A stretch of 63,828 nucleotides of DNA, the filler included, from Atractiella rhizophila (lineage: Eukaryota), in assembly GCA_021432655.1 (NCBI GenBank). It is 12 parts of 8 records of this genome, joined end to end, with 100 filler letters (N's around TTAATTAATTAA, not from the genome) between each part and the next. Parts side by side here need not be neighbours in the genome. Positions count along the whole stretch, not along the records: positions 5,077 to 15,687 come from MU272067.1; positions 15,788 to 18,227 come from MU272068.1; positions 18,328 to 24,224 come from MU272068.1; 9 more parts are not named here. One strand, written 5' to 3'. This document shows, piece by piece, positions 11,695 to 24,324 of this stretch. Made by a program: the position numbers and the translations under genes. Under the pieces are notes generated by a model. It was not told where the DNA came from. It made no database searches and worked only from the letters and a program-made list of their open reading frames with translations. How positions within the stretch are numbered: position 1 is the stretch's first letter; each line of letters opens with the position of its first letter.

Positions 11695-13608
11695 TCAATC
11701 CTTTCTCCCTCTCTTCCTCACTCCTTCTCCCACCGCACCAGCTTTTCTCTTCACGCCCCTCACTTCCTCCCCTTCTTCAGCGAGAGACAAGCTAGCGCGG
11801 CTCCTAGTCATCCTCTTCCCATCTTCTGCTTCCTCAACAACGGGAGCTAAAGAAGCGCGAGAACGAGTGACGCGCATATTCTGAAGGCGTTCGGAAGTCG
11901 GGACACCATCTGCAGTCTTCTGTGAGATGACGATTACAGCTTTCGGCACCTGACTCCCAGCGCGCGTAGCTCGTCTAGGGGTGTCCGAAGGTATCGAAGC
12001 AGAGGGAAGAGACGCTCGTTTCCTCCGTACAACAGCGGCCGTGACTGCCTTCCCGTTGTTCATGTCGACGGCGCTCGTGCTTTTCCTTCCTCTCGCCTTC
12101 CTGGGACTTCCATGAATTCTCCTCGTTCCCACGTCCTCTTCATCCTCCCCATCCAAGCTCAAACTCGCGCTCCTCTCCCTCCTCCTCCGATCCACACCAG
12201 CAAGGTCACTCATGCTCTTCGCCTTCCTGAGATCGCCCATTCCCCTCTGTCTAGCTAAGGCGTCCTGAGTCTGATTTGAGTCTAAAGGCGAAGGCGGAAG
12301 TTCCCCTTTTATCAGCCTCGGGTTGAGCTTCACTTTCAGCCACTGTGGATACTTGGTCGCGTCCATCTTCTTTGGATCCAGCTCAGAGGGGATAGGAAGC
12401 CTCTGTCTATGCGAAGGGCTCGCAGAATCGTAGCGGGGGAGATGGAGGGAAGACTGAGCACTCGAGGAGGTTGAGACGGAAGAGGCGGAGTTGAGCTCGA
12501 AAGGAGGAGCGAGAGAAGGTCGTTTCTGTAGTTGTGGACGTGCAGCGGAGGAGAGAGCCTGCATGGAAGCGGAGCGGGAGAGATTGCCTGGTCGTTGCGC
12601 AGGGAGAGTTGGGGCGTTCGCTCGCCGTCTCATCGAATGTGACGACGTTCCTGCTTGTGGCTTCAATCTCGCGTCGTGTTGCAACGGTGCGGCTGAGGCG
12701 GAGGAGAGCTCCATCATTGTCAAAGCGGGAATGAGGAGTCCAGGCTTGGTCGGATGCCTGAGATACGTCTTGCCATCGATGACCACGATATCTTCGTCGT
12801 CTTCCTCGGCTTGATCATTCTCCGCTGCCTGCGCGTGAACCTGGGCGGGCTGAGACTTGGACACTTTCCGAGCCTCCCTTTCTCTCCTGAGCTGAACATC
12901 CCGCTTGGAAGGCACGATGATGGAGCGTTCGACCTCAAAGTCCGAAGCCTGGAGACCTCCCTTGTGCGGAGAACCGTAGTCCGACGTTGGGAGGGTGAGA
13001 TCGCCATTGGGGAGGGCGATATGATGACCCCACATTGGGCTGGACTTTTGGACGGATGACGAAATGAGATTCTCTTCGCTCAGATGACCGGTGTGAAGTG
13101 GGAAAGTCATGGCCGGCGGCACTTTACAGACAACAAAACAGACAAATTGAACCCCAGCTTTGAGGTAACGAAGAAACGACGCACCATCCTCTTCACCTTC
13201 CGCGTCCTCATCGTCATTCCCGAAAGGTAGCGGAGAGTCATCCTGGGCGAAAAAATCTTCATCTACTTGAACATTCTGTATCAGTTCTAGATCGCTCTCT
13301 TCATCTTCTTCCTTCCCGCCCTCCTCTCCCCTCGCCTCCTGTCGATCCTCTTCCGTGTACCCACCAGTAAAGTACAAGGTATCCGGATGTCTATCTTCCC
13401 TCATCCCGTCCTCAATCTCTGCGATGGCCTCATCGCGCTTCTCTTTCGTATGTTCGACCAAGGCGCCCAAGGTCGGAAACCCGAGCAATAGGCCAGCATA
13501 AGTGACGCCTCTCTCGAAGAGGTGTTGGTCACGGTGATTAAGTGATTGGTAGAGGTGCTTGAGTTGTCGAATCTCCTTGTTGGCCGACTTTTCGCGTGGG
13601 AGGGACAT
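11695..13608 (-). CDS. Hypothetical low-complexity protein (acidic N-part, S/R/K-rich C-part, possible C-terminal NLS)
   Basis: Single 658-codon ORF; first ATG at 13608; ends VRKRGRKD; no family recognised. Confidence 0.75.
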   Translation of the reverse strand: MSLPREKSANKEIRQLKHLYQSLNHRDQHLFERGVTYAGLLLGFPTLGALVEHTKEKRDEAIAEIEDGMREDRHPDTLYFTGGYTEEDRQEARGEEGGKEEDEESDLELIQNVQVDEDFFAQDDSPLPFGNDDEDAEGEEDGASFLRYLKAGVQFVCFVVCKVPPAMTFPLHTGHLSEENLISSSVQKSSPMWGHHIALPNGDLTLPTSDYGSPHKGGLQASDFEVERSIIVPSKRDVQLRREREARKVSKSQPAQVHAQAAENDQAEEDDEDIVVIDGKTYLRHPTKPGLLIPALTMMELSSASAAPLQHDARLKPQAGTSSHSMRRRANAPTLPAQRPGNLSRSASMQALSSAARPQLQKRPSLAPPFELNSASSVSTSSSAQSSLHLPRYDSASPSHRQRLPIPSELDPKKMDATKYPQWLKVKLNPRLIKGELPPSPLDSNQTQDALARQRGMGDLRKAKSMSDLAGVDRRRRERSASLSLDGEDEEDVGTRRIHGSPRKARGRKSTSAVDMNNGKAVTAAVVRRKRASLPSASIPSDTPRRATRAGSQVPKAVIVISQKTADGVPTSERLQNMRVTRSRASLAPVVEEAEDGKRMTRSRASLSLAEEGEEVRGVKRKAGAVGEGVRKRGRKD

Positions 13609-14061
13609 GGCTGAGTAGTCCCCTGAGAAAAAATGGGGAACTCTGAAGTGGCTGCAGCTGAGACGGAGCAATAATAAGTGACTGTTGTTGTGCAGTGCTG
13701 CGGACGTTTCGAGAAGTAGGGTTAGGGCTGCTTTGTGTTTGTCGAAAACTCACGTGGTTTAATGCACTAAGAGCCCGCGACGCGAGAATCGTAAATCAAC
13801 GAGTCAAATAAATACTTGATACAAATACTTGATACAAAAGAGAAGGCAAGCAGAAATGCTGTCTGTCCGTCCTTGAGCTCACGGCCCAATCTAGGTGCGT
13901 AAAAACTTCGTGTTGCTTTTACTGCACTATCCTAACTGATAAGCCTGCACAGACTCCAACTACTGACAGATCGCATCGAGTCCAGCTCAATTTACACAGT
14001 CCTGTACCAATATTTTTCCAGAAAGTCAGAGATTCAGCCACATTGGCAACTTATTGCCAGC

Positions 14062-15687
14062 ATGAGTTCGGAGACGTCCAAGGAAAACGAGGACAACAGT
14101 GCGAGCAGCCATCTGTATACGCCTGGTAGTCGACTGCCGCCAATTCAGGGTTTTGTACCATACCAGACGTAGGTTTATCCTTCAATGAATGCGAACGCAC
14201 AGTTTTAAACGACCCTGTCCTTCATAGAGCAAGTGAAGATCCAGATACAACGATCCGTTCTTCCTCCTCTGGCGCAACATCCTCAAATCCTTACAAGACT
14301 CCTCCCTCTACTCCTCCTGGGTCAAAAACGGGATTTCCAGCTACTATACGTGGTCATGATTCTCTCAATCTAGATGAATCGCCGTCTACAGTCACCGAAT
14401 GGACTGCTGGACACAAGAAGTGAGCCTTTAATCATATTCTCCTTGCTCCGTTGATGACGCCTGCAATCGCTGAAGGTCTAAACAACCGCAGGAGCTCTTG
14501 GAAAAGGCAAAGCAGACCCTTTCTGTCCGCGGTACTGTGAAAGAAAAAGAGGATGCCATCGACACAGAGCTGCTCAAGAAGAGAAAATGGTCGACGGATG
14601 AATGTGTGTCAGTCTTCGAGTACGTGGTATGTGTTACCTTGCTTCCTACACCGGTAGTATTCAGGGATGACCTTGAAAAAGATCCAGCAACGCCGTTTGG
14701 ATGTGAAACTACTTGACTATAAGAAAGGAAAGAAGTCAAGGTTCAATGTACTCAGGAAAGCCTTTGAAGTCGCTGGCTTGCTTGATGACAATCCTCCATA
14801 CAGACCGTGCGTACATCTTAATTCCCATCACATGGCTTATCGTGATGCAACAGTGCTCCCATCGCAAGATCTCTCCCCGATCAATCAGAACCACCACCAT
14901 CAAGTTCATCAAGAGTAAAGGGGAAAGGAAGAGCTTTGCAGACGCTCAGCCCTACCCATGAACCATCTCTCGATTATTCGTCCACTCAGGAAAGGGAATT
15001 GTACGTCCTCTGCTTCACATCTCAAGTTGAATTTCTCACCGTCTTCCAAGCGATTCATCCCGGAGAATCAGCCATCTGGCTGTGGAGCCTCCGGTTGGTC
15101 AAGCAGGAACGTCGTCATCCATGAGCAAAAAAGTTGGAGAAGGCAAAACAACACCCACCCCGAATCCCGCCGCAGAATCGTCTTTGGAGTACTTCTCTGC
15201 CCAAGAAGGTGATGCGTATGTTCTTGCCGTCGTAGCCGGAAACAAACTTGCTCACTTCGATGTTGCAGGGAGAAAGGTCAGCCATCATCTCAGGAGACAG
15301 TTAAAGCGTCTTCGAAACCGAACGCGAACCCCGCCACCAACATGTCTGTATCTCTTATGCTTCACGCAGTGTGTGACGCTCTGTAAGTCTAACTGACAAT
15401 CACAGCAGACCTGGCGTTGGAACGGCTAAAACAGCTGATGCTCGAACTCAGAATCGTGAAGCACGAATCTTAGACGGTGCTGCAATACCTGGACGGTCAT
15501 CTGACGTCTTCGACCCAACCGACTCCAGCCTCATGCCCTCATTTCGCGTAGCCACGCCCTTTGACTCCTCTCCACAACAGAGAAGTCGAGATTCCGGACT
15601 AGCCAACCGAATCCAATCTCCTTGCCTCCCACATATTTCCAAGGAGGAAACCCCAGATAAGGACTCAGAACAGCTCGAGAGAGAACC
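14062..15687 (+). CDS. Hypothetical multi-exon protein, 3' partial
   Basis: Chain of + strand ORF segments bounded by GT..AG introns; no family recognised. Confidence 0.5.
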
Positions 15688-15787
15688 NNNNNNNNNNNNN
15701 NNNNNNNNNNNNNNNNNNNNNNNNNNNNNNNTTAATTAATTAANNNNNNNNNNNNNNNNNNNNNNNNNNNNNNNNNNNNNNNNNNNN

Positions 15788-18227
15788 TGAGCGTGCCTGT
15801 GCCCAGCTTTGTGACCTTCTTATCAAACCAAGCCGCGCTCGTGCACATTCCAAAAGCTACAATCTCAACGTTCCATCCCTTCTTGAGTGCCGCGCGTATG
15901 GGTGTCATGAATCCCTCGTCGCTGAAGTCGGATGCTGCACCATCGCCCGAGACGAGAACGATGGTCACTTTAGCGTTTGGAGAACGTTCAACGGCTAAAG
16001 ATTCCAGTAACTTCATTCGCAGGATTTCGTCAACACCCTAGGATCCCACCCTGGTTAACGAAGGAAAAGAAAGAGGAGGGCAGAAGAGCACCTGTTCAGT
16101 ATAACGGACTCCACCTGAAGTTTGGCGAGTTCGAAGACGCTTCACTCCACGACGTCGGCGGCTTGGATCGAGAATATCGTCATCCGGAAGGTTCACCGCC
16201 TGTCGCACGCGCTGTAAAAGAGAAACTTCGTAACCCTAAACGACGTTGAGTTCAAGACTGTAAGTCACTGTAGGACTGACCCATTCGACCGCAACCTCGA
16301 GGGATTGTGGGAGCGGAGAACTGCCAACAATACACTTTGCCCTTGCTTTGCGTCCTCTTTCGAGGATGCTAAACAACATGGCGTAATCCAGCTTCGGCCG
16401 CCGTCCCATGAACTCCCCCTGTGCCCTGGCCTGATCCGAGAATACTGACCTTCCGGCTGCACGCTCTGCAAACTTGATATACTTTAGGAAGGAGAGGTAG
16501 ATGTTAGAGTTGTCGATGAAGATTTCGATATGATCTTGTTCTTCCATCGTTGATACCTCCCGCACTTCATCGCTGTCCAACTTATGCCCTGCCCTCAACA
16601 ACTCCCTAACCTTCTTCTCCTGCTCTATGTTCAAAAACCCCTTCGTTCGACTCGTCCACAATCCCTTTACAGCGTGTTCGTTTGGCGGCCCCGTTGGCAT
16701 TTCTTTCGGTCCAGTGAGACGAATCAAGCCTTGATGAAACTGCTTAGACCGCTCTCTTTCCTTCCTCGCAACATGTTTCGGAACGTCGAACATCACCATG
16801 TAATTCTTCATCCTTCTAAAGTCTTGCGGGAACTGTTGCTTCACTCGCTGAAGGATGAATTTGATCTTCTCAGAAGGAGGGAGAGGAAACTTGTCCCGAA
16901 GCTCGTCCGCGTCGTCGTTTCTTCGAACTGTTATCACAGTCTCTTTCGCCTTCTCCTTCTCCTTACTCGGTTCGCTCTCGAGTCACCCTCGCCCTTCGCT
17001 GTTCTTCTCAGGACCACCCTGCTAACCCCCTCTCTCACGCTCATCAAGCAGCTCCTTCAGTTGAAGCTGATGATGCTGCTCCGTGTTCTTCTTCTTAGCC
17101 TCCTCATCTTCGGTCCTACTGATACAGCCACGCTCGTGTCTGTGACTAAAAGAAGGTGGCTGTGCTTGGTAAGAGTTCTCGGTTAGTGCGGGCAGCGAAG
17201 CAGCTGTTCAAGAGTCGTGAGGACCTGTTGGATAGGCCCCCTCGCCTTGCGGTCTGTCAGGCAAGCTAGAGCAGTGAGGGGGAGGCTTCCGTGCCTCCGC
17301 TAGCTCTAACTCGTTCCTCGACCCGTCACACGTCCTCTTTGCCCACCTAACCGAGTCACCTCTGAAAAGCTACCGACTTCCTCTCCTACTTGTAGCAAGC
17401 TCGGACCTTTCCTCAACCCGAGGAGAGGGAGGAAGGAACGGGTTCTGCAGCGGTCGCTTTGGAGGTCGCGGAAGCGGAAACTCTCCAGGGAATTAGCTGA
17501 ACTGCCCTCTGAGGCTACGCCTGCAGAGGTACCTTCGGCTACTAAGAAAGAGATCCTCCTTCCTTGGTCTCTTCCCTTGTCTCCTACTATTACGCCTCGT
17601 TCTGTACCTGTAAAGCGAACTACTAGCTCGTCGCTACCTGCGGAGGTGGAGTAAGCTGCTTGCATCTGGAAAGAGAAGTTGGTGGAAAAGGAGGCTAGGT
17701 TGGGTGAGGGCGGGTAAAAGGTGTTGTTGGCAAGGCTGGGGGAAAGAGGAGAGTGTTGAAGTCATAGTCGAAGGTCTGAGGTGAGTGTTGCGGTCTACAA
17801 AGACCTGCGCTTGGGTAGTGCTGGCGCCTAAGTATACGGCGAAAAGGACGAGGTCAGTTCGTAGGACCTTAACATGCTTTCTTCCTTGGCCTCTTCTACA
17901 GTCTTCATCTTCGGGTACGCTACATGAATGAGCTGTACCCTTACCTTCAGAACTTGCATCGCTTCCTTAACTACTTCGAACCTTAGTTCCTGAACTTATC
18001 CCGACCGCAGCTGAATCGCCGAAACCTACTTTTCCATGCCCTCTCATTCTCCGTTTTCAGAGACCACCTACACTTAAGATCGCTCTTCTCATGCTCGTTC
18101 TTTCCTCCCGCACGACGACTATGGTAACAGTAAGGGCTAAGGGGTGGACGGCTTGTCCGGTCGAACTTCTAAGTTGCCTAACCTATGGTCCTTTGACGCA
18201 ATCCTTAGTGGCGTGTCGGAGTCGGAC
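15788..18227 (-). CDS. NYN/PIN (LabA/DUF88-like) domain protein, partial; N-terminal region lies in mirrored block 16943-18227
   Basis: IFIDNSNI, VGSSPL, EQ|GVDEIL, VLVSGDG, GWNVEIVAF acidic PIN motifs. The complement-only read of 16943-18227 joins in frame as ...AQPQP-E-TVITVRR. Confidence 0.85.
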
Positions 18228-18327
18228 NNNNNNNNNNNNNNNNNNNNNNNNNNNNNNNNNNNNNNNNNNNNTTAATTAATTAANNNNNNNNNNNNNNNNN
18301 NNNNNNNNNNNNNNNNNNNNNNNNNNN

Positions 18328-18898
18328 CCGTCTACACAAGCGCGACATCATCATCGATACTCCCGGTGGGAACCCCTCCGCTTGCTGGTCAGGATACGCT
18401 TGTGAGCCGTACTACGACGGTGGGTGTTACATCCTACTCCTTGTTGTGGGACCGATTGAGCTGAGCTGAATATGGCACAAAGCGGGAATCTTCCCCGGTC
18501 ACTACGCTAGCTGTTTGCCAGCGACAACAGAAACTACTTCAACCTCTACAAGTCCAGATGGGTCCACCGTTTACGTTGTCATTTCACAAAGCCAAGATGT
18601 TTGCGGCCAATGCGTGTGTCACTACGGTTCGTCTCTCCTCATCTCAAGCTTGTTTTCCCTCCATGTCTGACCTGACTGATGTTTTTACGTCGCTTCAGAG
18701 GGAGAAGCACACTCTGGCAGCGCCGCTGTGACCGTCATCCCTCTCGTAACAGTAACAGTGACGGATTGGTCAAGTTTCACAGGTGGGAATGGAGGAAGTG
18801 GCAGCGCGGCCTGGAAGCGAACAATCGGTGGAACGGCCGCAAAACTCTTTTGGCTGGGATGGGCTCTCGCGATTGGAACGGTTGGGGCTGCTCTGTAG
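18328..18898 (+). CDS. Cys-containing secreted, probably GPI-anchored protein, 5' partial
   Basis: HKR|DIII Kex2-like site, several Cys, T/S-rich linker, GGNGGSGSAA followed by hydrophobic tail LFWLGWALAIGTVGAAL-stop. Confidence 0.65.
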
Positions 18899-19836
18899 AG
18901 GGATTTGAATCGTTCTTGTATACCATGTTTATTGATTTTTTCCTTCATCTTCAAGTTGGTGGTGATGGACGCGATCGGTTTCACTTCATTTTTGCATGAT
19001 TTTCTTGATCAAGACGCATGAATTTGTACCATCAACATACCTATGCATTGGTTATGAAGCTAAATTGAACACAATGCCTGACACGATCCAGTTCAGAGGA
19101 AAAATAGTTAACAGAATGCTCATCCAAGGAAGAACGCAGCAATTTTAGGAGATATCATTGTCGTTGAATTAAGGAGAGAGACTGAGCAGCCGACCTTAGA
19201 ATATGCCGTTTTAACTTTAATGATTGCACGAATAGTTCATGACCAATAACCCATATAACACGGCTAGCAACGCTCAAACGTTTTGTACAACGACTCCAAA
19301 CTCGTGAGCTCAACAAGGAGATCAAGCTCGCGTAATGTTTTTGGAGCCACAAAGTACAAAAAAACGATCGGAACGGTTGGGGCTGCTCTGTAGAGGGATT
19401 TGAGTCGTTCTTGTATACAATGTTTATTAATTTTCTTCATCTTCAAGTTGGTGGTGATGGACGCGGTTCGGTTTCACTTCATTTTTGCATGATTTTCTTG
19501 ATCAAGACGCATGAATTTGTACCATCAACATACCTATGCATTGGTTATGAAGCTAACACAATGCCTGACACGATACAGCTGGGAGGAAATAATTAACAAA
19601 CCCTCACCCAAGGTTGAACGCCGCAATCTTAGGAGATATCATTGTAGTGGAACTAGGGAGAAGGACAGAGCGATCGACTTTAGAATAAGCCATTTTTAAA
19701 ATTGCACAAATAGTTCATGACGAATAATCCACATAGCACGGCTAGCAACGCTCAAATGTTTTGTACAACGACTCCAAACTCGTGAGCTCAACAAGGAGAT
19801 CAAGCTCGCGCAAGGTTTTTGGAGCCACAAAGTACA
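18871..19836. repeat. Diverged ~0.48 kb tandem duplication (~18871-19357 and ~19366-19836)
   Basis: Both units run from gga acggttggggctgctctgtagagggatttga to tttttggagccacaaagtaca, with many substitutions and small indels. Confidence 0.93.
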
Positions 19837-22569
19837 TCTTGAGGGCTTTGAAAAGCAGATGTTCGATTTCCCACGGAGGGTCTTCTTCCTTTTGCGATGT
19901 GGATGTGTCGCTTCGAGAAGAGAATAGAGGAGTTGGAGAGTAGAGAAAGGAAAGTTCGCGGAGGAAACCGGTAAAACAGAGCTCTTCGTCGTACCATTCC
20001 ACCTGTACATGTTTCTCGTTCGCGACTAGATCTAATTGTGAAGGGGATACGCACCTCTGCAGCTATTCGAAGGAGAACTACGGATCTCTGGTAAGCCAGA
20101 AAAAAGGTATACAAAATCAAAATGCTCACAGAGAGGAAGCTTATCAAGATTGGGAGTATAGCCCGGCAGGAGAATAGGAAGGCTTAAAATATTGCCTTCG
20201 TTATCAATCTCGAGAGAAAAATACTCGTGTAACATCCCTCTCCTCTGTTCTGAACCAAGGATCTGAGTTGTTTCCTGCAAAATGTCAATCAGTACTAGCT
20301 ACAGCTTCATAAATTGTTGGACCAAAACTGACTCTCAGTACTTGCTCTGTTGTTAACCCTGCCTTCTCAATGGGCCCTTTCTGTGCTCGTATTGCTAGTT
20401 CAAGTAATGAGGCGACGGAGGGAGCTGGTTGTAGTTTAAGGCGACCGAATGTACCGAATTGTCTCAGCCCCAGTTGATAGAAGAGTTCTTCCCTAAAAAT
20501 ACAAGTAGTGGTTACCATTATGCAGAGTGGTGAGGATTACACCTACGCAAAACGGAAGTATCGAAGGAGATACAGCTTCTTCCCATGCTGCAGCAGCGCT
20601 GTTCCGTCAGTCAAATCAACAATCCCAACAAAGGTGTGGTTCCTTATTATCGTAGTCAACTCTATACGATGTATTAACGAACGACAAGCTTGGATATAAT
20701 CGAATAAAGAAGGTGGCGCACCTGGCTCCTCTCCCTCGCTCACAGCATCACGAAGAACCTTGACGCTCGTGAGGTTACACTTGGATTCCGAAATTTTCAA
20801 GCTCATGATCTCATATCGAGCCGCTCCCTCTCCCTCCTCTTCTCTGATATCCATGTCGCTATCTCTCGTCTCCATATTTTCATCAGCCAGAGAGAGCCTT
20901 CGACGCTTGGTAGGTCTCGGCGTCGAAGAGGTAGAGGGGGCACCAAATATTTGCGCGGCTGCAGAGGGAGAATTGGCATTTGTGCGTGCAAGTGGACGAT
21001 AGATTCCGTCAAGCGTTTGGGTAGTAGGGGAGGTGCGGACTTGCTTGTTCGGAGCTGCTTTGCCTGTTTGCGTGTTATTTTGCATGCTGTAATTCAAAAT
21101 GGAACGGAAGACGTACCAAAGGTGGATGTAGACGCTTTTGGGGTCCATGGTTCAGCTGGCCGTTCTTTGGGTTGCAGCAATGTCTACCAGGCTACTAGTC
21201 AGAAGGATGCATATGGAAGTGAGGGGTCCCCTACCTGGACTTTGAACCCTCTACTGCTCTTACTCTTCTCGAAAGCTTCCTCCACGGCCTTCAAAACCAC
21301 CTCTACGATCTCCTCCTCATCCAAGAACCGTACCTCTTTCTTCGTTGGGTGGACGTTCACATCCACCTTTAATAATACAGTCTCAGACAGAATGCACAGG
21401 ATTTAGATAGCAAAGCGAGCGAACCTTCTCAGGATCGATTTGAAGGGAAAGATAGACAAAGGGATGGCTTCCTTTTGGGAGGATAGAGGAGTAGAAAGCA
21501 GCGAATGCACGCTGAAATATGGTCGACGAGACGAGGCGATCTATCACGAGACGAAGTCAACCACACTCTGACTTTGGGGGAGATGGGCATCTAGTTTACC
21601 ATTTACAAACCACAACCAGGTTGCCTTCTTCGCCGCAAAATTGGCACTACTGATCCAACCGTTGGCACTCTTCAAGCCCAGCCCGTCATCTTGAGCTTCA
21701 ATACTAAGCAACTCTTTCCCAAGATTAGCACCATAAATGTTCCCTATAGCCTGCTGCTTTGTCCAACTGACAGACGTGGCCAGATCCGGTGACGCGTTGG
21801 CCTTCTTGACGCTGATGGCGAGGTTCGTTTTGTGTACGGCATATTTCGTAACCATAGACAGTATCTGACTGTATTCTTCAGAGGCGGATTTGAGTGTTTT
21901 TAACCTCGATGGAATGTTGTAAAATAGATCCTCGATTACCATTAACGTTCCATCGTTGCCAGCAGCTGGATTGAGAGATTTCATCTTCCCATCTGTGTAG
22001 GTCGCACTGCAGCGAAGCAGACATCACTTCAGAACACTCGAGTGTGGCCATAATTCCAAAAATAAGAGTGAAAACCTACGTCCATGCACATTCCGAGTCT
22101 TTCGTCTTTGTGGTAACACTGAAGTTAGCGACATGAGAAATGCTTGCTAGGGCTTCCCCTCGAAACCCAAAAGTCGAAAGAGAGGAGAGATCCTCGAAAT
22201 CTCTAATCTTTGAAGTAGTAAATCTTTCACACAGGATGGGAAGGTCTTCCTTCTGCATTTCACTATGAGTAAATTAGGCAAATGGAGTAGAAATACAAAC
22301 GTTTATTCCACATCCATTATCCTGTATCACGAGACCTTTAATCCCCCCTTCTTTCACAGTGACCTTAATCTGCGTCGCACCAGCGTCAAAGGAGTTCTCC
22401 AGAAGCTCCTTGAGCGCGTTCGCTGGCCTGAGGATGATCTGGTACGCAAGTTGTTCCAGCTTTGACTATTCACACGCAAAAGAAAGTTGCAGACCTCACC
22501 GGCTGCAATACGATTTATTATGGTCTCTTCTAACTTCCGTATCCTCGTAGGTAGAGCTGGAGTACTCAT
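19742..22569 (-). CDS. MLH1: DNA mismatch repair protein MutL homolog Mlh1
   Basis: [49 protein letters not shown], invariant C-terminal FERC. Confidence 0.97.
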
Positions 22570-22677
22570 TTTGTTCGACAACTTCAAACGGTAACGCGTC
22601 GAGGAACGGTTGGTTGTATTTGGCACTCGACGAGCTCTTCTCGCCACACTGTTTTGTTTCGGGTCCGGGATAACGAA

Positions 22678-24224
22678 ATGGAAGAGCCATCCACGAAACG
22701 ACAGCGCTTAGACGAAGAAGGAGGATATGCTGCCATCTCAGAAGAAGGTGCGAACGATGAAATTCCGTCCGACGTGGAGGAGGAAATTTCTCTTGAAGCT
22801 GATTTGACGACGCGTCCTACCGATTTGTACCTCGATACCATACATCGACATTTGCTCGACTTTGACTTTGAGAAGCTCTGTTCAGTCACGCTGAGGAACG
22901 TGAATGTTTATGCTTGCTTGGTTTGTGGGAAATATTTTCAGGGACGGGGGAAGAAGAGCGAGGCATATAATCACAGCTTGGATAAAGACCACCATGTTTT
23001 TGTGAATTTGGAGACGAAGAAGGTGCGCTTTTCCTTTACTTTTTATATCAAGGAATTATAGATAGTGATGAGTTTGTTGTACCATAGTTCTACATCCTTC
23101 CAGACTCGTATGAAGTGTCAGACCCCTCTCTGGACGACATATCCTACCTCCTCTCGCCACTCTTCACTCCGCAATTATTACACAACATTGACACACTTTC
23201 CCATCCTACAAGCTACGACCTGTCATCCACACCATACGTTCCCGGGTTCAATGGACTGAACAACGTCGGTTCTTCGCACCTAAATGTCATCCTGCACCTG
23301 TTGCTGCACATCCCACCGCTCCGCGATTACTTCATATTCGGTGGTATTCCCTCATCTGTCCCCCATCCTCCAAACGGATTTTCTTCATCTCACCACGCCT
23401 CCGAGCTCGTCCACCGCCTCTCTATCTTCGCTCGTCGGTATTGGAATCCACGTGCGTTCAAGTCCCAGCTTTCACCACACGAGTTCCTCCAAGAAGTATC
23501 AGCAGCGAGTGGGAAGAAGTTTCGAATTGGTGGAGGAGGCAGCTTGGCGAAGAAGAAGTTAAAGGAGGAGGAGGGAATTAAGGGAACCATCGTTAATGAA
23601 AAAGAGAAAGAGGAGAATAAAGGAAAAGACCCTCTCGAGTTTCTTGCTTGGTTATTGGGAAGCTTACATCGCGACCTGGGAGGGAAAAAGGCAAGGGATA
23701 GTAGCGTTATTTTTGCACTGTTCCAGGGAACAGTTAGGATTGAAGAACAGGATGTAGTACACACGGCTGGGATACAAGGGCAGGCTGCGAGGTTTATGAT
23801 CGAGCGAGGTACGTGAAGACCGCTCTCTTCAATCTGATTCTGTCACTCTCAAAGAGCACCTGGACTGGTATTGATATACCAAACTTTAGAAACGAGGACG
23901 ACCCTTACCCCTTTCCTGTTCCTCACTCTCGATCTCCCTCCACCTCCGCTATTCCAAGATGCAGTGCAAAAGAACATCATTCCTCAAGTGCAACTCACGT
24001 CCCTTCTAGCAAAATATGACGGACGAACCACGCAGGCTCGTCCTTTTCGTTCTTCTTCGAATAAAGGACCTGATAGACGTTCATTAACAGGAATCGAAAG
24101 GAAAGATAAGAAGATACAAGATGGCCACACTCCCACCTTTTCTGATCCTACACGTCAAACGCTTCACTTCAAACAACTTTCTAGAAGAAAAGAATCCAAC
24201 AGTCGTGAACTTTCCCACGCGAGG
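22678..24224 (+). CDS. SAD1: U4/U6.U5 tri-snRNP protein Sad1/USP39, 3' partial
   Basis: DLYLDTI...LDFDFEKLCSVTL..NVYACLVCGKYFQGRG zf-UBP; LDLPPPPLFQD; USP box lacks the catalytic Cys, as expected for this family. Confidence 0.96.
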
Positions 24225-24324
24225 NNNNNNNNNNNNNNNNNNNNNNNNNNNNNNNNNNNNNNNNNNNNTTAATTAATTAANNNNNNNNNNNNNNNNNNNN
24301 NNNNNNNNNNNNNNNNNNNNNNNN

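Noticed and set aside
23250..23310. Missing catalytic Cys in the USP domain
   Set aside because: Expected for the Sad1/USP39 pseudo-deubiquitinase family.
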